DNA from: Narcine bancroftii
Taxonomy: Eukaryota
NCBI RefSeq assembly: GCF_036971445.1
Contig: NC_091480.1
Location: forward strand, 89,094,001-89,158,000
Direction: 5' to 3'
DNA: 64,000 nt
In this document: piece after piece, positions 51,977 to 64,000 of the stretch
How positions within the stretch are numbered: the first letter of the stretch is position 1
How the letters are laid out: every line of letters starts with the position of its first letter
Notes under the pieces: generated by a model
What the model was told of the DNA's origin: nothing
Seen by the model: only the letters and a program-made list of their open reading frames with translations
The model's database searches: none
Translations under genes and position numbers: made by a program

Positions 51977-54476
51977 GTTTAAAGCATTATTTCTGATGGT
52001 TGTTAATAATTTTAGATTTTCAAATTTTAGATTTATTGTTAGAATACATATATTCCATCACCTACAACCCTGAGATTCTTTTACCTGCGGGCACGGCAAA
52101 ATTACAATTAATTGGTAGTGCAAAATAAGACTGTTACACAGCATAAACATGTAAACAAATAAAGAACTATAAACAGATAACAAATGTAAACAAACTGGCT
52201 GTGCAATACAGAGAGAACAAAAATAAAGTGCACAAGTAAGAGTCCTTAAAATGGTCTCTGATTGAGTTTGTCATTGAGGAGTCTGCTTGTGGAGGGGTAA
52301 CATCTGTTCCTGAACCTGGTGGTGTGAATCTTGTGGCACCTAGACCTCTTTCTTGGTGGAAGTAGTGGGAACAGGGCGTATGCTGGGTGGTGTTGCCTTA
52401 GATGATTGTTGCTGCACTCCGATGGCAGAGTTCCCAGTAGATGTTCTCGGTAGTGGGGAGGGTTTTGCCTGTGATGTCCTGGGCTGAGTCCACTGCCTTT
52501 TGGAGGGCTTTATGCACAGTGGTATTGGTGTCCCCATGTCAGACCATGATGCAGCTGGTCAGCACAATTTTCTCCACACCTCTGTAGAAATTTGCCAGTG
52601 TTTCTGGTATCATACCAAACCTCTGCAAAACCCTGAGGATATGGAGGTGCTAACGTGTCTAATTTTAGCCATGTCATATTAGATTTAGTATGTAATGCTT
52701 AACTTAGAGTTTGTATTTCTGGCTTCAAAGAGATCCCAAAGGATGACATTCTCTGGAAGAAACCTTTAAGTATTGATCGAACAGTGTGCAAATCATGGCT
52801 ACTCATACATATGTTTTAGATTGAAGCAAAGTGGTGAAATGAAGTGGCCGTTCCCCTTGTGTTCATGACATAAATAGTGAGATCAAACTTAATAACCCAC
52901 TTCAAATAAAAAAAAATTGACAGTCTGCTCACATCACAACGTGCAAACCAACCATCAAATTCTTTGGTCTCCACAAAGCAAACACAGAAAATGCTGGGAA
53001 CATTCTGTGGGTCGAGAGAGCACAAGTCAGTTTGCATCAAGCGTCAATTCTCTTTTAATAGATCTCTTGCTGAAACATATTAGCTCAAATCTCACTACCT
53101 GTGGTCCTCAGGCATCTGAAATTTCAGTGGAATGGTGAAGGGACCTCTGCCATGTCATTGAGTAGTCCCTAACCCCAATGCTTCGTTAACCAGCAAAGTC
53201 CCTCACTGTCTTTGCCACTTATAAATATTTTGAATTTTAATATTTCTCTAAACAATCAGATTTGAATTAAATAATTTCATAAATTTGATCATGAATTTAC
53301 ATGCAAACTACAGGTAATATAAAATGCCTGAATACATATAAAATTAATCCATCCATCCATGGCCCATCCCTTCGCAAGCAAAGATGAACACGATGCCTTG
53401 TAACTTTTCAGCTTTAGGCACCGTGTGTCAGGGCAAGGACTTGGAGGCGAGTGCTTATAAAATTAATATAGAGCATTAAACAAAGCAAAATAAACAAAAT
53501 GAAATGACCTTTTCTAAAAAAAAAACTAAAAATTATAAATAGTATAAAAACTTTCACTTAAAACTGGCAAGTGTAAAATCAGCATTGAACTCAACAGAAA
53601 TTATTGGGAACATTTAGCAAGTCAGATGGCATCTAGGAAGGGAGAGGCAGAGTTAATATTTTACGTTGGAGACACAACGAGTCTGAGGCTGCTCCATCTG
53701 TTTCTCTTTCCACAGGTACAGCCCAACTCTGCAGATCTATCTCTGCACTAAGGCAGGTGGATTTCTTCAAGCTGTCGGATCCGCGAGGTGATTTGCCAGT
53801 GTGCAGCTGGTCATTTTCATTCAGGCTGGCCGCCAACATTGGACTCCAGAGGGAGAGTGAACTAGTAGATTCAGCTTTGTCAATGTGTAAGAAGAGCTCA
53901 TGCCTCAACATTTTCTTTTTAAAATATTTTTATTGACTTCTATGTAATAATTCCATGTGCATTTTGCATTAATATAACAGAAAAAATATCATAAATATAT
54001 ACATATATATAACTGGTAAAAATGCACTCATTAACAATTTCCAATTTTAATTAATATTTATTGATTAATATTGTTAAAATTAAAAATGAAAATTACTTGA
54101 ATTACATTATAACCATTCTGCTCATAACTTGGTATAAAATCAGATAATGTTATGGTCCATATATAAACCCTAATTAATCAGCTTATTTTAACAAAAATGA
54201 GAAAAAGAAAAGAAACTAAACTAACGCTAATCTAACCCCTCCCTCTACTCAAGGTTACTAATAAATGCAAACAAAGAACAATGAAAATGGACCAACATTT
54301 TGCACACTATGTATGAAAGTCCCAGACATGACTTCTCAAAGCCAGTGATGCCTTTTACATCAAGGTCCAAAGAAAGCAAAATATTTTGTGTTGGTTATTA
54401 ATCTAATTGGGCAAGAATACTCCACATAGATAAATTCAAAGTTAAAATTATAGAACTGAAAAATAACATACCGGTA

Positions 54477-54692
54477 CAGTAAAAACCTCTGGTATCTGGC
54501 ACCTATGGGGATTGGTAGATCCCGGATAAGTGTACAAGTTGAGATTGTGTGTTGCTTGATTGGCAAGCTAACCAATATGGGGTGCCAAATTTTAACTTTC
54601 TTTTTATTTAACCTATTTATTTTCCCTGATTTTTTTTTTGTCAGCTGCTTGAGGCTGCTGGTTGCTTGACTTCCAGATAAGGGATTTTACTG
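54477..54692. mobile_element. Tigger/mariner-like MITE
   Basis: ta|cagtaaaa...ttttactg|ta. Confidence 0.75.
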
Positions 54693-55685
54693 TATTTTGT
54701 GAGTTTGAATCCTTGTATTGATTTGGACCATCTGCTATTCCAACAACGGTAAAGCCAAATGGTCTGACTAGTTATTCAGTTAGATAATGCACGCTGATTA
54801 CCAAATAAAAATATGTTAAAAATAGTCACAGAGTCAGATTTACTTATTATTTATTGACAATTTCCAAGTCATGGTTTCTTGAAGGTGGTGGTGAGAGACT
54901 TTCTTAAGCCATTGCATTCCTTTGGGTGAAGATCTTTTCTTGGTGATGTGGGGGTGGTGTGGCAGCATCTAGAGATTAAAGTCTTCCCACGAACCTAAAC
55001 CCATTTTTCTTTTCGTGGTGATGATCGCAGATTTGGGAGGTGCCATCTGAATAATCTCTCGAAGTAAATGCAGTGCACATTGTATATTGTGCACTCTGCA
55101 GCTATATACATATGGTAGAGGGAATGAATTTGTAGCATTGTAGATGAAGTACCAATCAAGCATGATAGTGTAAAAAAACAGTGCAGGATTAACTCAGTAG
55201 GGTCAGACAGTGTACTTGCTGTGTATGTACTTGAGATCCTTGTGAGGGCCAAACTGGGAGGCCTGGAATCAGAGCTGGAAGCCACAAGGCACAAGATGGC
55301 GGTGGAGGCGTGAGGAAGGCCACGTGGCTGTGAAAGCCCTACAAGTACCCTATTCCTGTTTTCTTCCCATATTCCTTGATTGGTTTAGTTTTACAGTGAT
55401 GTCTAACCCTACCTTTAATATTTAAGTGATTTGGCTTCATCTGTCTTTTGTGGAATAAATTCCACTCTTTGACTGAAGAAATTGCTTATGACATGACCAC
55501 CAGTTCTGGGGATTCCCATCATCGTTTACATCCTTACTGCATCTAGTTTTAACCACCCTGGTGCGATATCACAGGTTTTCATGAGGTCCAATATAAGCCC
55601 AATTATCCAATTGTCTCAATCTACCTTCATGAATTAGTCCTGGCAACCTAGGAATCAATCTGGTGATTTTTTTTTCTGCATTCTC

Positions 55686-55750
55686 CCTCCATAGAGGTAG
55701 ATAGAGCATTGGTCTTGTGAACCAGGGGTTCATCCCTCGCTGGGGCCTCC
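55686..55750 (+). pseudogene. tRNA-Thr(TGT)-derived sequence (SINE head or pseudogene), not a functional tRNA
   Basis: ctccatag..tagagcattggtcttgtgaaccagggg..cctcgctggggcct resembles vertebrate tRNA-Thr-TGT, but with a deleted T-arm/B box. Confidence 0.6.
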
Positions 55751-55798
55751 CCCCTATGAGGGGCGCTGGACAAAGTGGCGACTCTCTTCCTTACGGAA

Positions 55799-55971
55799 TG
55801 ATGGCGACTAACATCAAATCACACATAGCAGAGTCCAGGTAAAACGCTAGTTTTAATAGACTAATATATACAGCTAGGTCTTGCCTCTGTGCAGTCCTAG
55901 CCCAGAATAAGGGGGGATGGGTCTCCACCAGTTTATATATGCAAGATCACCAGGTGAGTCATACCACCACA
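55799..55971 (-). mobile_element. 173-bp solo LTR inserted in the tRNA-derived element
   Basis: TG...CCACA termini; TSD cggaa/cggta; minus-strand tatataaa and attaaa. Confidence 0.65.
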
Positions 55972-58264
55972 CGGTAGACAAAGCTAAAGAATTTCAACTT
56001 TTAAATGTAGTATTACTTGACAATAATGGAACCTTTAGCAAAAACATTCTTCCTCAGTGGAAGAGATCAAAACTGATCACATTACCAAGGAGGATCTGTT
56101 CACCTGCAGTATGACATCCCTTAAGATCTCTCAAGACAAAGTCAAAAGACCATGCTCATTGCATCTGAATGCCTACTTTTCTCAATTAGTGGTCATGCAC
56201 AACAAGTTATTATTGCATTTCTTCTTTCTATTAGTTATTTAATTATTCATTGCCATTTATGAATTGATGTGATAGGAGTGCAGGGTATCTGATCATTGAA
56301 AATCGTTAAGGTCCCCTAGCATCCCACACACAGCATCTTTCAGCTACTCCACTCGGGAAAGAGATACTGGAGGATCAGAGCCAGCACCATGAGGCTGAGG
56401 AACAGCTTCTTCCCATGGGCAGTGAGACTGCTGAACAATTAAATGAAACTCCTCACACTAACCCTTTGAGATGCTAACATTTATTAAGCAATATTTATTT
56501 ATTCATATACAAGTATATTTGTACTGCATATGTGTGTTATGTCTGGTTGTGTGTCCACATGTTTTTGCACTGAGGACTGGAGAACACCCTTTTGTTGGTC
56601 TGTACTTGCACAATCAGATGATAATAAACTTGAACTTGATCCATTGGTTGCAAGATCACATAAGTTTGCCTTCTGCATGCCCTTTTTTTGCTTGTTAACT
56701 GGCATATTGTCCCGTGTTGTAGTTTTGCTGGGTTGGCATGTCATTTATAAATATCCCTGATGCTACTCCTGCCATACCACTCTTCACTTCTCATTCTGAA
56801 TATTGATATATCTGCAAGATACTTGCTATTTCAAAATTCAACTAAATTATTTGTTTCGTTATGCAAGGGAGGCTGTTAATGCTTCAGTGAACATAGGAAC
56901 ATAGGAAGTAGGAACATGAGTAGGCCAAAGATGGCCCATCGAGCCTGCTCCGCCATTCAATACGATCATGGCTGATCTAATTTATGACCTAACTCCACCT
57001 ACCTGCCTTCTCCCCTATCCCCTAATTCCTCTATCATGTAAAAATTTATCTAACCGAATTTTAAAGTTGCAGAAAAGAATGAAGTCTTTTATCCAATTAA
57101 TTTACATTGCACCATATTCTAACATTTTCCTGCATAATGGATTGCTAAGCGTTAATCTGGGTTGCCAGCTTGAGGACAAGGCCATTGAAATTTACTAAGA
57201 AGTGTTAGTGGGTGTTTAGAAGATTTCCCTGTGGGAGGTTCAATTCCTTTGGCAGCAAGCCACCAGTTGATCGAACAGATAATCTGTTCAGCCTTCTTTA
57301 AAAATTACACTTAATTTCTGCAAAAGAAATTATTATGTTCAAAGGGATTGTTTTTTGTTTATTGTGCAACTAAAGAAAGATGATGGATGAGCTTTACAGT
57401 GTTTCTGGCATTGAGTCATTTGAGCATAGTTTTGTCCTTATTTTGACCTTTCCTTGTGTACATTTAATTTAACTCCAATACAAGAGCTTTGAGCAGGTGA
57501 GCAGGTTACAGGCGCCTCTATTGGTTTGGGAGCTTTGCTGAATTGGTAGCTAGAAGCACACACAAAAAGAAAATCAGTCCTGAAGTCAGTCCTTAACAAT
57601 GAAACTATTCCAACCACCATGGTTTAAAGCAAACACCTGTGAATGCTGTCCAGTTACTCTTCAACATTTAAAAGGAAAAAGAATCTCAGGGTTGTATATG
57701 ATATCATGTATGTACTCTGACAATAAATCTGAAATATAGCATTTGAAATTTGGTTTAAGATTAATTGAATGCAGGTATTTATTTGTAGTGTTACCAGTAG
57801 TCAATTATGAACTTCGCCATTTCTCAAAAAAAGCCACAACTTTTAAAGACCTGAAAAATATATCAAGCTGGTTAAAGTGCATTAAACGCCTTGTGGTCAA
57901 AGCAACTTTTGTACGAGGGCTTTCTCACACTGCAGGTAGAGGGAGAATGTGGTTAGAAGGGGTTGAGAAGGGATGGACAACTTGGATTGTCAGTCATTAG
58001 GAGTGGGTGAAATGGATATTATTAAAACATAGATGATTCTGAAGAGAATTGTTGGGAAATCAGAATGAGAGGACATTTTTTCAGAAAAGGTTCACCCCCT
58101 AAGGATGATTTTTTTTCTGAAGGTCGTGAATGTTTGAAATTTTCCACCTGGAGGAACAGTGGAATTTGAGTCCATATGAACATATTCAAGATTTTTGAAC
58201 TAATGTACGGGAGAAATCAAGAATAATGGGAAGCAGCCAGGAAAGTTGAAGCCAAAATCAGATT

Positions 58265-58692
58265 TTAAGAACTTAAGAAATAGAAGCAGGAATCGGCCAT
58301 CTGTCCCATCGAGCCTCCTCCACCATTCAGTGACGTCATGGCTAATCTGATGAAAGGTTCTCCTCCACCTGCCTTTTCCCCATATCCCTTAATTCCCCGA
58401 CTATGTAAAAATCTGTCCAGCCTTGTCTTAAATATATTCACTGAAGTTGTCTCCACTGCTTCAATAGGGTGCGAATTCCACAGATTCACTGCCCTCTGGG
58501 AATGGCCGTTCCTCCTCATCTCCATCCTAAATCTACTACCCTGAATCTTGAGGCTGTCCCCTAGTTCTTGTCCCCCTCACCCCTGGAAACAACTTTCCTA
58601 CCTCTATCTTATCTATGCCTTTTATAATTTTATGTGTTTCTATAAGATCCCCTCTCGTTCTTCTAAATTCCAGTGAGTACAGTCCCAGACAA
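58265..58692 (-). mobile_element. CR1 3' fragment; others at 56890-57065, 37260-37550 and 15290-15445(+)
   Basis: SQRAVNLWNS.P.EAVE..SVNIFKTRLDRFL is typical of the CR1 ORF2 C-terminus. Confidence 0.85.
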
Positions 58693-58763
58693 CATCATAG
58701 CAGAACTTTTGGGTCCAAATCATTTCACTCAGTGCAAAGTGGTTTCTAACTTCTAGTTTTTAC

Positions 58764-58805
58764 CTTTGTGTCAGGTTGGACAGATGGAATCGCTCAGATG
58801 CAGAA
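58764..58805 (-). other. Candidate 42-nt exon (SASERFHLSNLTQ)
   Basis: tgcttctctgctttattag|TTCTGC...ACAAAG|gtaaaa; one open phase. Confidence 0.25.
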
Positions 58806-59338
58806 CTAATAAAGCAGAGAAGCATGGCTCTGTGTCTAATGCTGGGAGCTAAAGTCTTCCTGCCTTTGCATTGGCTGTGATTCTCCTCTTCCAATCTGTT
58901 TGACAATTCTTTGGTGTATCTGGGCCATTGGCTGATAGGAGACAACTGACTGATTGAGATTCAATGTAGGATTATGACTCAGTCTGAGAACTGGGCTTAG
59001 AGCAAGGATAAATCCAAAAAATTAGCTACGTGTCAGATCAAAATAGCATCATCTACAAAGTATTATAATTAACTGCACTACAGTATATGTCAACGTATAA
59101 GATGGTATTTGAACCTTAAAACTGTCACCCCAAAACCAGGATTTGTCTTATGCACCAAAACTTAATATCTTGTGGTTTCGTGTCTCCCATGGCAATGGAG
59201 AACACCATAAAACCCTCGCATAACCCTTATGATGCTCCCACTAAATATTTTTTGACTGAAACTTACGTTTGTGAAGCTGGGTTAATAGTAATGTTATATT
59301 AAAACAATAAAACTGTAATATAAACCTGTCTAACATAC

Positions 59339-59388
59339 CTTAAAATAACAGTGCAGCAAATGAAGCTAACAGTCGCCATTTGCAACAA
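59339..59388 (-). other. Candidate 50-nt exon (LLQMATVSFICCTVIL)
   Basis: ctcactgttctctag|TTGTTG...TTTAAG|gtatgt; phase compatible with 58764-58805. Confidence 0.25.
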
Positions 59389-60629
59389 CTAGAGAACAGT
59401 GAGCAATCAGCCAGGGTCCCAGGTTGCGTTCTGTTTACACTGCCTCGCAGATCAATCACAATAAATCTTACAGTGACCAGTAACCATATACCCAGCAAGA
59501 AATGTGCAATGAGAGGAGGCACTGCACACTGGCCAATTCTCGATAAGCATGTAGAAGACATGGACAGTAAAAGCTCTCAGCTGTAAGTGATAGACTTAGA
59601 TAGCAAGTATAGATCAAAACCTACATCTTGAAATTCTGGGGGTCGTCTTATACACTTATATGGGTAGGTTTTTTTTTGTTCAACCCATCTCTTTTGATTG
59701 AAGCAAGACCTCTGCTGTGTGCTACACTACCTCCATTTGTTTTAATAGTTCAGACAGCTGCAACCAATTGACAATTACAGCTGCAGCCAAATTCCAATGG
59801 CCAATGCCATTTACTTCCAATAGCAAGTATGGAGACTGTGTGACTGGCTCTTTTGGTCAAGTATTGTAAACTAATGATGGCAGAGTTTATGAACAGAAAA
59901 ATTTTCCACTCTGAAAGCAATCACTAATATCACTTCAGGAACCATGAGAGTCCCTTCAGAGTGACTCAGTATTATCTGTGGATTTGCCTCCAGTGCTCCC
60001 ACAGCCTCTGCAGCCACAGAGACTCCTGTTCATTTCATCGGCAACCTAAGCCCCAGATCCAAACCTCCGATACCATCAGGAAGCCTTCAGTGCCCAAGGC
60101 CCCGCATGAACCCGTCTTGCCCTCAGCACCCACCCAAATCCCAGAAAAAGTTTGAAAACCAGTTTTAATCATACTAATTATGTTCACGGTTTCATAACTC
60201 CAAAAGAAATGGGCCCAATGACAATTTTTCTCAAGCAAAATATTTCAGTAACAATTGGGTCAATGGTCCTCAACCTTTTTTCCCCACTCACATACCACCT
60301 TAAGTAATCTCTTACTAATCAGAGAGCACCTATGGCATAGGAATAAGGTTGTATGTGAGTGGAAAGTTTGAAAACCACTGGTTTAAAGAATGCTTTCCTA
60401 TGATATTCAATCAATCCATCTTCCCAACACATACCTCCCTGGGATTGACTGCTGGCATTCTGATATCATCGGTTATATTTATCTCTTGCACTGCACCATA
60501 GCCTCCAGTCTTTGTCAGTATGTTTGGATTTTGATAGTTACTAGGCCATTATCCACTGGGATAATTCAACCACTGGATAGCAAATTGGGGCTGGAAGCAA
60601 ATGGTTGTTTCTGTTTCTTCATCTAAGCA

Positions 60630-61896
60630 TTTTTTTTAAACTTTATTGATTCACTCAAGATACAGGTAATAAGTAACATATCATGAACATTATATTTTAT
60701 ATAAAAGAAAAAAGAGAGAAAAAAAAGAGAACCCCCCCCTTCAGCCAACTCTCCTAAGGAGAGCCGTGAAAAAAATAAAGAAAAATGAAGCATACTTATT
60801 AAAATCTAATCAATGTAAATCAAAATGTAAATATTCTGAATATAACAACCATTTATGAAGAAAAAAAATTATAATTACCATGCAAAACATGTGTAATTTT
60901 TTCCATTGTTAAACAATATTCTTTGTTCTTTGGCTTGGCTTCGCGGACGAAGATTTATGAAGGGGGTAAAAAGTCCACGTCAGCTGCAGGCTCGTTTGTG
61001 GCTGACAAGTCCGATGCGGGACAGGCAGACATGATTGCAGCGGTTGCAGGGGAAAATTGGTTGGTTGGGGTTGGGTGTTGGGTTTTTCCTCCTTTGCCTT
61101 TTGTCAGTGAGGTGGGCTCTGCGGTCTTCTTCAAAGGAGGTTGCTGCCCGCCAAACTGTGAGGCGCCAAGATGCACGATTTGAGGCGATATCGGCCCACT
61201 GGCGGTGGTCAATGTGGCAGGCACCAAGAGATTTCTTTAGGCAGTCCTTGTACCTTTTCTTTGGTGCACCTCTGTCACGGTGGCCAGTGGAGAGCTCGCC
61301 ATATAACACGATCTTGGGAAGGCGATGGTCCTCCATTCTGGAGATGTGACCCATCCAGCGCAGCTGGATCTTCAGCAGCGTGGACTCGATGCTGTCGACC
61401 TCTGCCATCTCGAGTACTTCGACGTTAGGGATGAAAGCGCTCCAATGGATGTTGAGGATGGAGCGGAGACAACGCTGGTGGAAGCATTCTAGGAGCCGTA
61501 GGTGATGCCGGTAGAGGACCCATGATTCGGAGCCGAACAGGAGTGTGGGTATGACAACGGCTCTGTATACGCTTATCTTTGTGAGGTTTTTCAGTTGGTT
61601 GTTTTTCCAGACTCTTTTGTGTAGTCTTCCAAAGGCGCTATTTGCCTTGGCGAGTCTGTTGTCTATCTCATTGTCGATCCTTGCATCTGATGAAATGGTG
61701 CAGCCGAGATAGGTAAACTGGTTGACCGTTTTGAGTTTTGTGTGTCCGATGGAGATGTGGGGGGGCTGGTAGTCATGGTGGGGAGCTGGCTGATGGAGGA
61801 TGGCTCATTATGCCATCTATTAATATCAATCATATTCATATCCTTCCATGTACTAGCAATACATTTTTTTGCTACAGATAATGCTAAATATACAAC
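60630..61896 (-). mobile_element. L1 3' fragment interrupted by an RTE
   Basis: PolyT at 60630; ORF2 end LALSVAKKCIASTWK..INRWHNE at 61800-61896; TSD atctaagcatttt on both sides. Confidence 0.8.
60921..61799 (-). mobile_element. RTE LINE 3' portion nested in L1
   Basis: Near-identical to the copies at 39219 and 44338. Confidence 0.95.
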
Positions 61897-62674
61897 ATCT
61901 AAGCATTTTGAGAAAAAAAAAATCATCACACTTCTTAAAATCAGATCAGCCCAGTTAAGGAATGAGCCCAAGCTCCTTCTGTCTCACCTACTCAGTGTTG
62001 TAGCTATTGCATAAGGCCTGAACGGTAGCAGCTAACTATGAAGTGGTGGCAAGATTGTGTGTTCATAGCACTTAACTGTTACTGAGAATGTGAGTCCTAA
62101 AGTGGTGAAAAAAAAGTAGAAAAGAAGAGAATATTCCATTCTATATATTGATAATTCAGCAAGGCTAAAGGTGATTGTGAAGAACAAAAATAATTGCATA
62201 TTTGACAAAGACAGTAAAAGACTTTTAACCATTGGATAAAGGAAATGACCTGGTATAACGAATCCTGAGAAACATCTTAAAAAGCATGTACTTATATGGA
62301 AAAGTCTGTTCAGAAGTTCTGGAAAATTAGATGTTTGTCTGGTCAAACATGCAACTTGTGAGCCACATGGCAGACTCCCTTAACGACGAGACGAGCTGCC
62401 TATGCCAATGCTTCTTGCTGTAACAGAGTTCTCACGCTTGGTAAAGCAACACTAAAGAAGGGTGAAATTTGTAACCATATTTGCATAGTTTTACAAGTAA
62501 ACTCAGGTCTATCTTCACATTACTGACTGATCATGTCACTTCCACTGGACCCAGCAGTATCCAGATCACCATCTCCTGCACATGCACAACACGACCAAGT
62601 TATTTTTAAACCGATGATCTCAGTCAGTCCACTGACTTACAAATGCTTTTCCATGAGGTGCAGAAGGTGCAAAC

Positions 62675-63022
62675 CACTGTTCCTTCTAAGCTACGCACAT
62701 GTGCGCGGACGCACACATTTTGCAATCAGCGTAGAAAAGGAAATTCAGGTGCGCACAAAAGATTAGCTACCTAAAATAATGTTGTAATTAATAATTATAT
62801 TTATTGAAAATAATCTCTTGGCTAACTCTTTCTGTTAACTAGTTAGTCGGTTTTTCAAATATCACATTTGTACATCACTCATTTATGTCACCGCCCCTTT
62901 CCTGTCCCGGTTTGTGCATTTACACAAGCGTTCAGTGCGCACATACTTTTGCCACAGGAAAAAAAATTGCACAACGAAAGATTTTTGCACACACTGACTC
63001 CTAAACGTTAGAGGGAACATTG
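62675..63022. mobile_element. hAT-type MITE
   Basis: TIRs cactgttccttctaa / ttagagggaacattg; perfect 8-bp TSD gtgcaaac. Confidence 0.85.
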
Positions 63023-64000
63023 GTGCAAACCAGACAGTAGAAGTCTGGAAAAATATTTTATTCCACGTGTGAGGGTAGAGTATAATCTGGGCAAATGCAA
63101 AATTTTCAAAAAACTGTGGCAAAATGTTTTCCCTTACTCTCTGTGCAAAGATTGTGAATCTGCATTGGTCTTCTTTGTTAAATTCATTCATCTAATGCTC
63201 CTTTATTAAATGCCAAATGGCTTATTAACACACCCTCCTCTTGACCCATGCTACCAATGAACTTTGTTGTCTACATTCAACGCTCCATGGTTCCATTTGA
63301 TTTTCCACAAACACAACATCTCACTGCACCTTTATTGTGTTTAATAAACACCAGTCCCTCTGATGATTTAGGTAGAAAGTTAAGTGCAAAGTATGAATAA
63401 CGGCAGCTTTTACTGTGTTGAACAATCTCATCAACGACTGGAAATTAGCATGACCCTCAATAGTAGAAAAATCAGCCAGGCATCTCTGCTGGAAAATGTG
63501 AATGTGTAAAGTCACTTGACAACAGTATCAAGGACGTTGTGATTTCCTCATGACATAAATTAGCTTTTAATTAGTCTCTGATTACAAAAAAATTATCTGA
63601 TTTAAGTCCATTGATGTGGAAAGTTAAATACCTTGGCACTTTTCAGAACAAGGCCCAAGGATGTCCAAAGCTAGAATGACTCATCCCTTAAGTCTCCTCC
63701 CCTTTTGCCTTGGCTATAAAGGTCACATTACCTCCCCCTTTCCTGCAGTCCTGTACCTAAATCCAGGCCAGCCAAAGTCTTGTGTGCATTAAAGCCTGTT
63801 GTTCCTGCAGCCTTATGACTCTGTGATTATTGATAGAGCCAATCAATTCATGAACATGGAGTTAGATAGAAACACCATGGAATGGAAGGAGAAGGGAGGC
63901 ACATATCCTACTCTTCAACATTAATAGACCTTGTGGGCTTAGCCTTGGAGAACAAATTTCATGCTCATCAATACTGATGCAAACTCTTAATTTTTATTAT

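Noticed and set aside
55686-55750. Functional tRNA-Thr gene
   Set aside because: The T-arm/B box is deleted and the D-arm disrupted; it continues into a repeat body.

Overview
Eukaryotic, AT-rich, repeat-dense vertebrate DNA. The repeat landscape (CR1, L1, Rex1/Babar and RTE LINEs, tRNA-derived SINEs, short solo LTRs, hAT and Tigger-like MITEs) resembles a cartilaginous fish such as a ray; this is inference. No intact multi-domain cellular gene is visible. The window looks like intronic sequence carrying candidate small exons and microexons on the minus strand (clusters near 0.1-1.2, 15.6, 29.4-30.7, 38.8 and 57.4-59.4 kb) of a gene I could not name. The long ORFs come from young RTE retrotransposon RT fragments or from minisatellites (30-bp x52 at 27-28.5 kb; 26-bp x7 beside an N gap). 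The most notable structures are a TSD-flanked palindromic double-LTR (192-bp arms), a solo-LTR family present as a TSD-bounded 3-mer and 2-mer, a twin-primed L1 insertion, a microexon cluster with UGC motifs and a duplicated exon copy, and a decayed Gypsy integrase. All family assignments are by eye; no database search was run.
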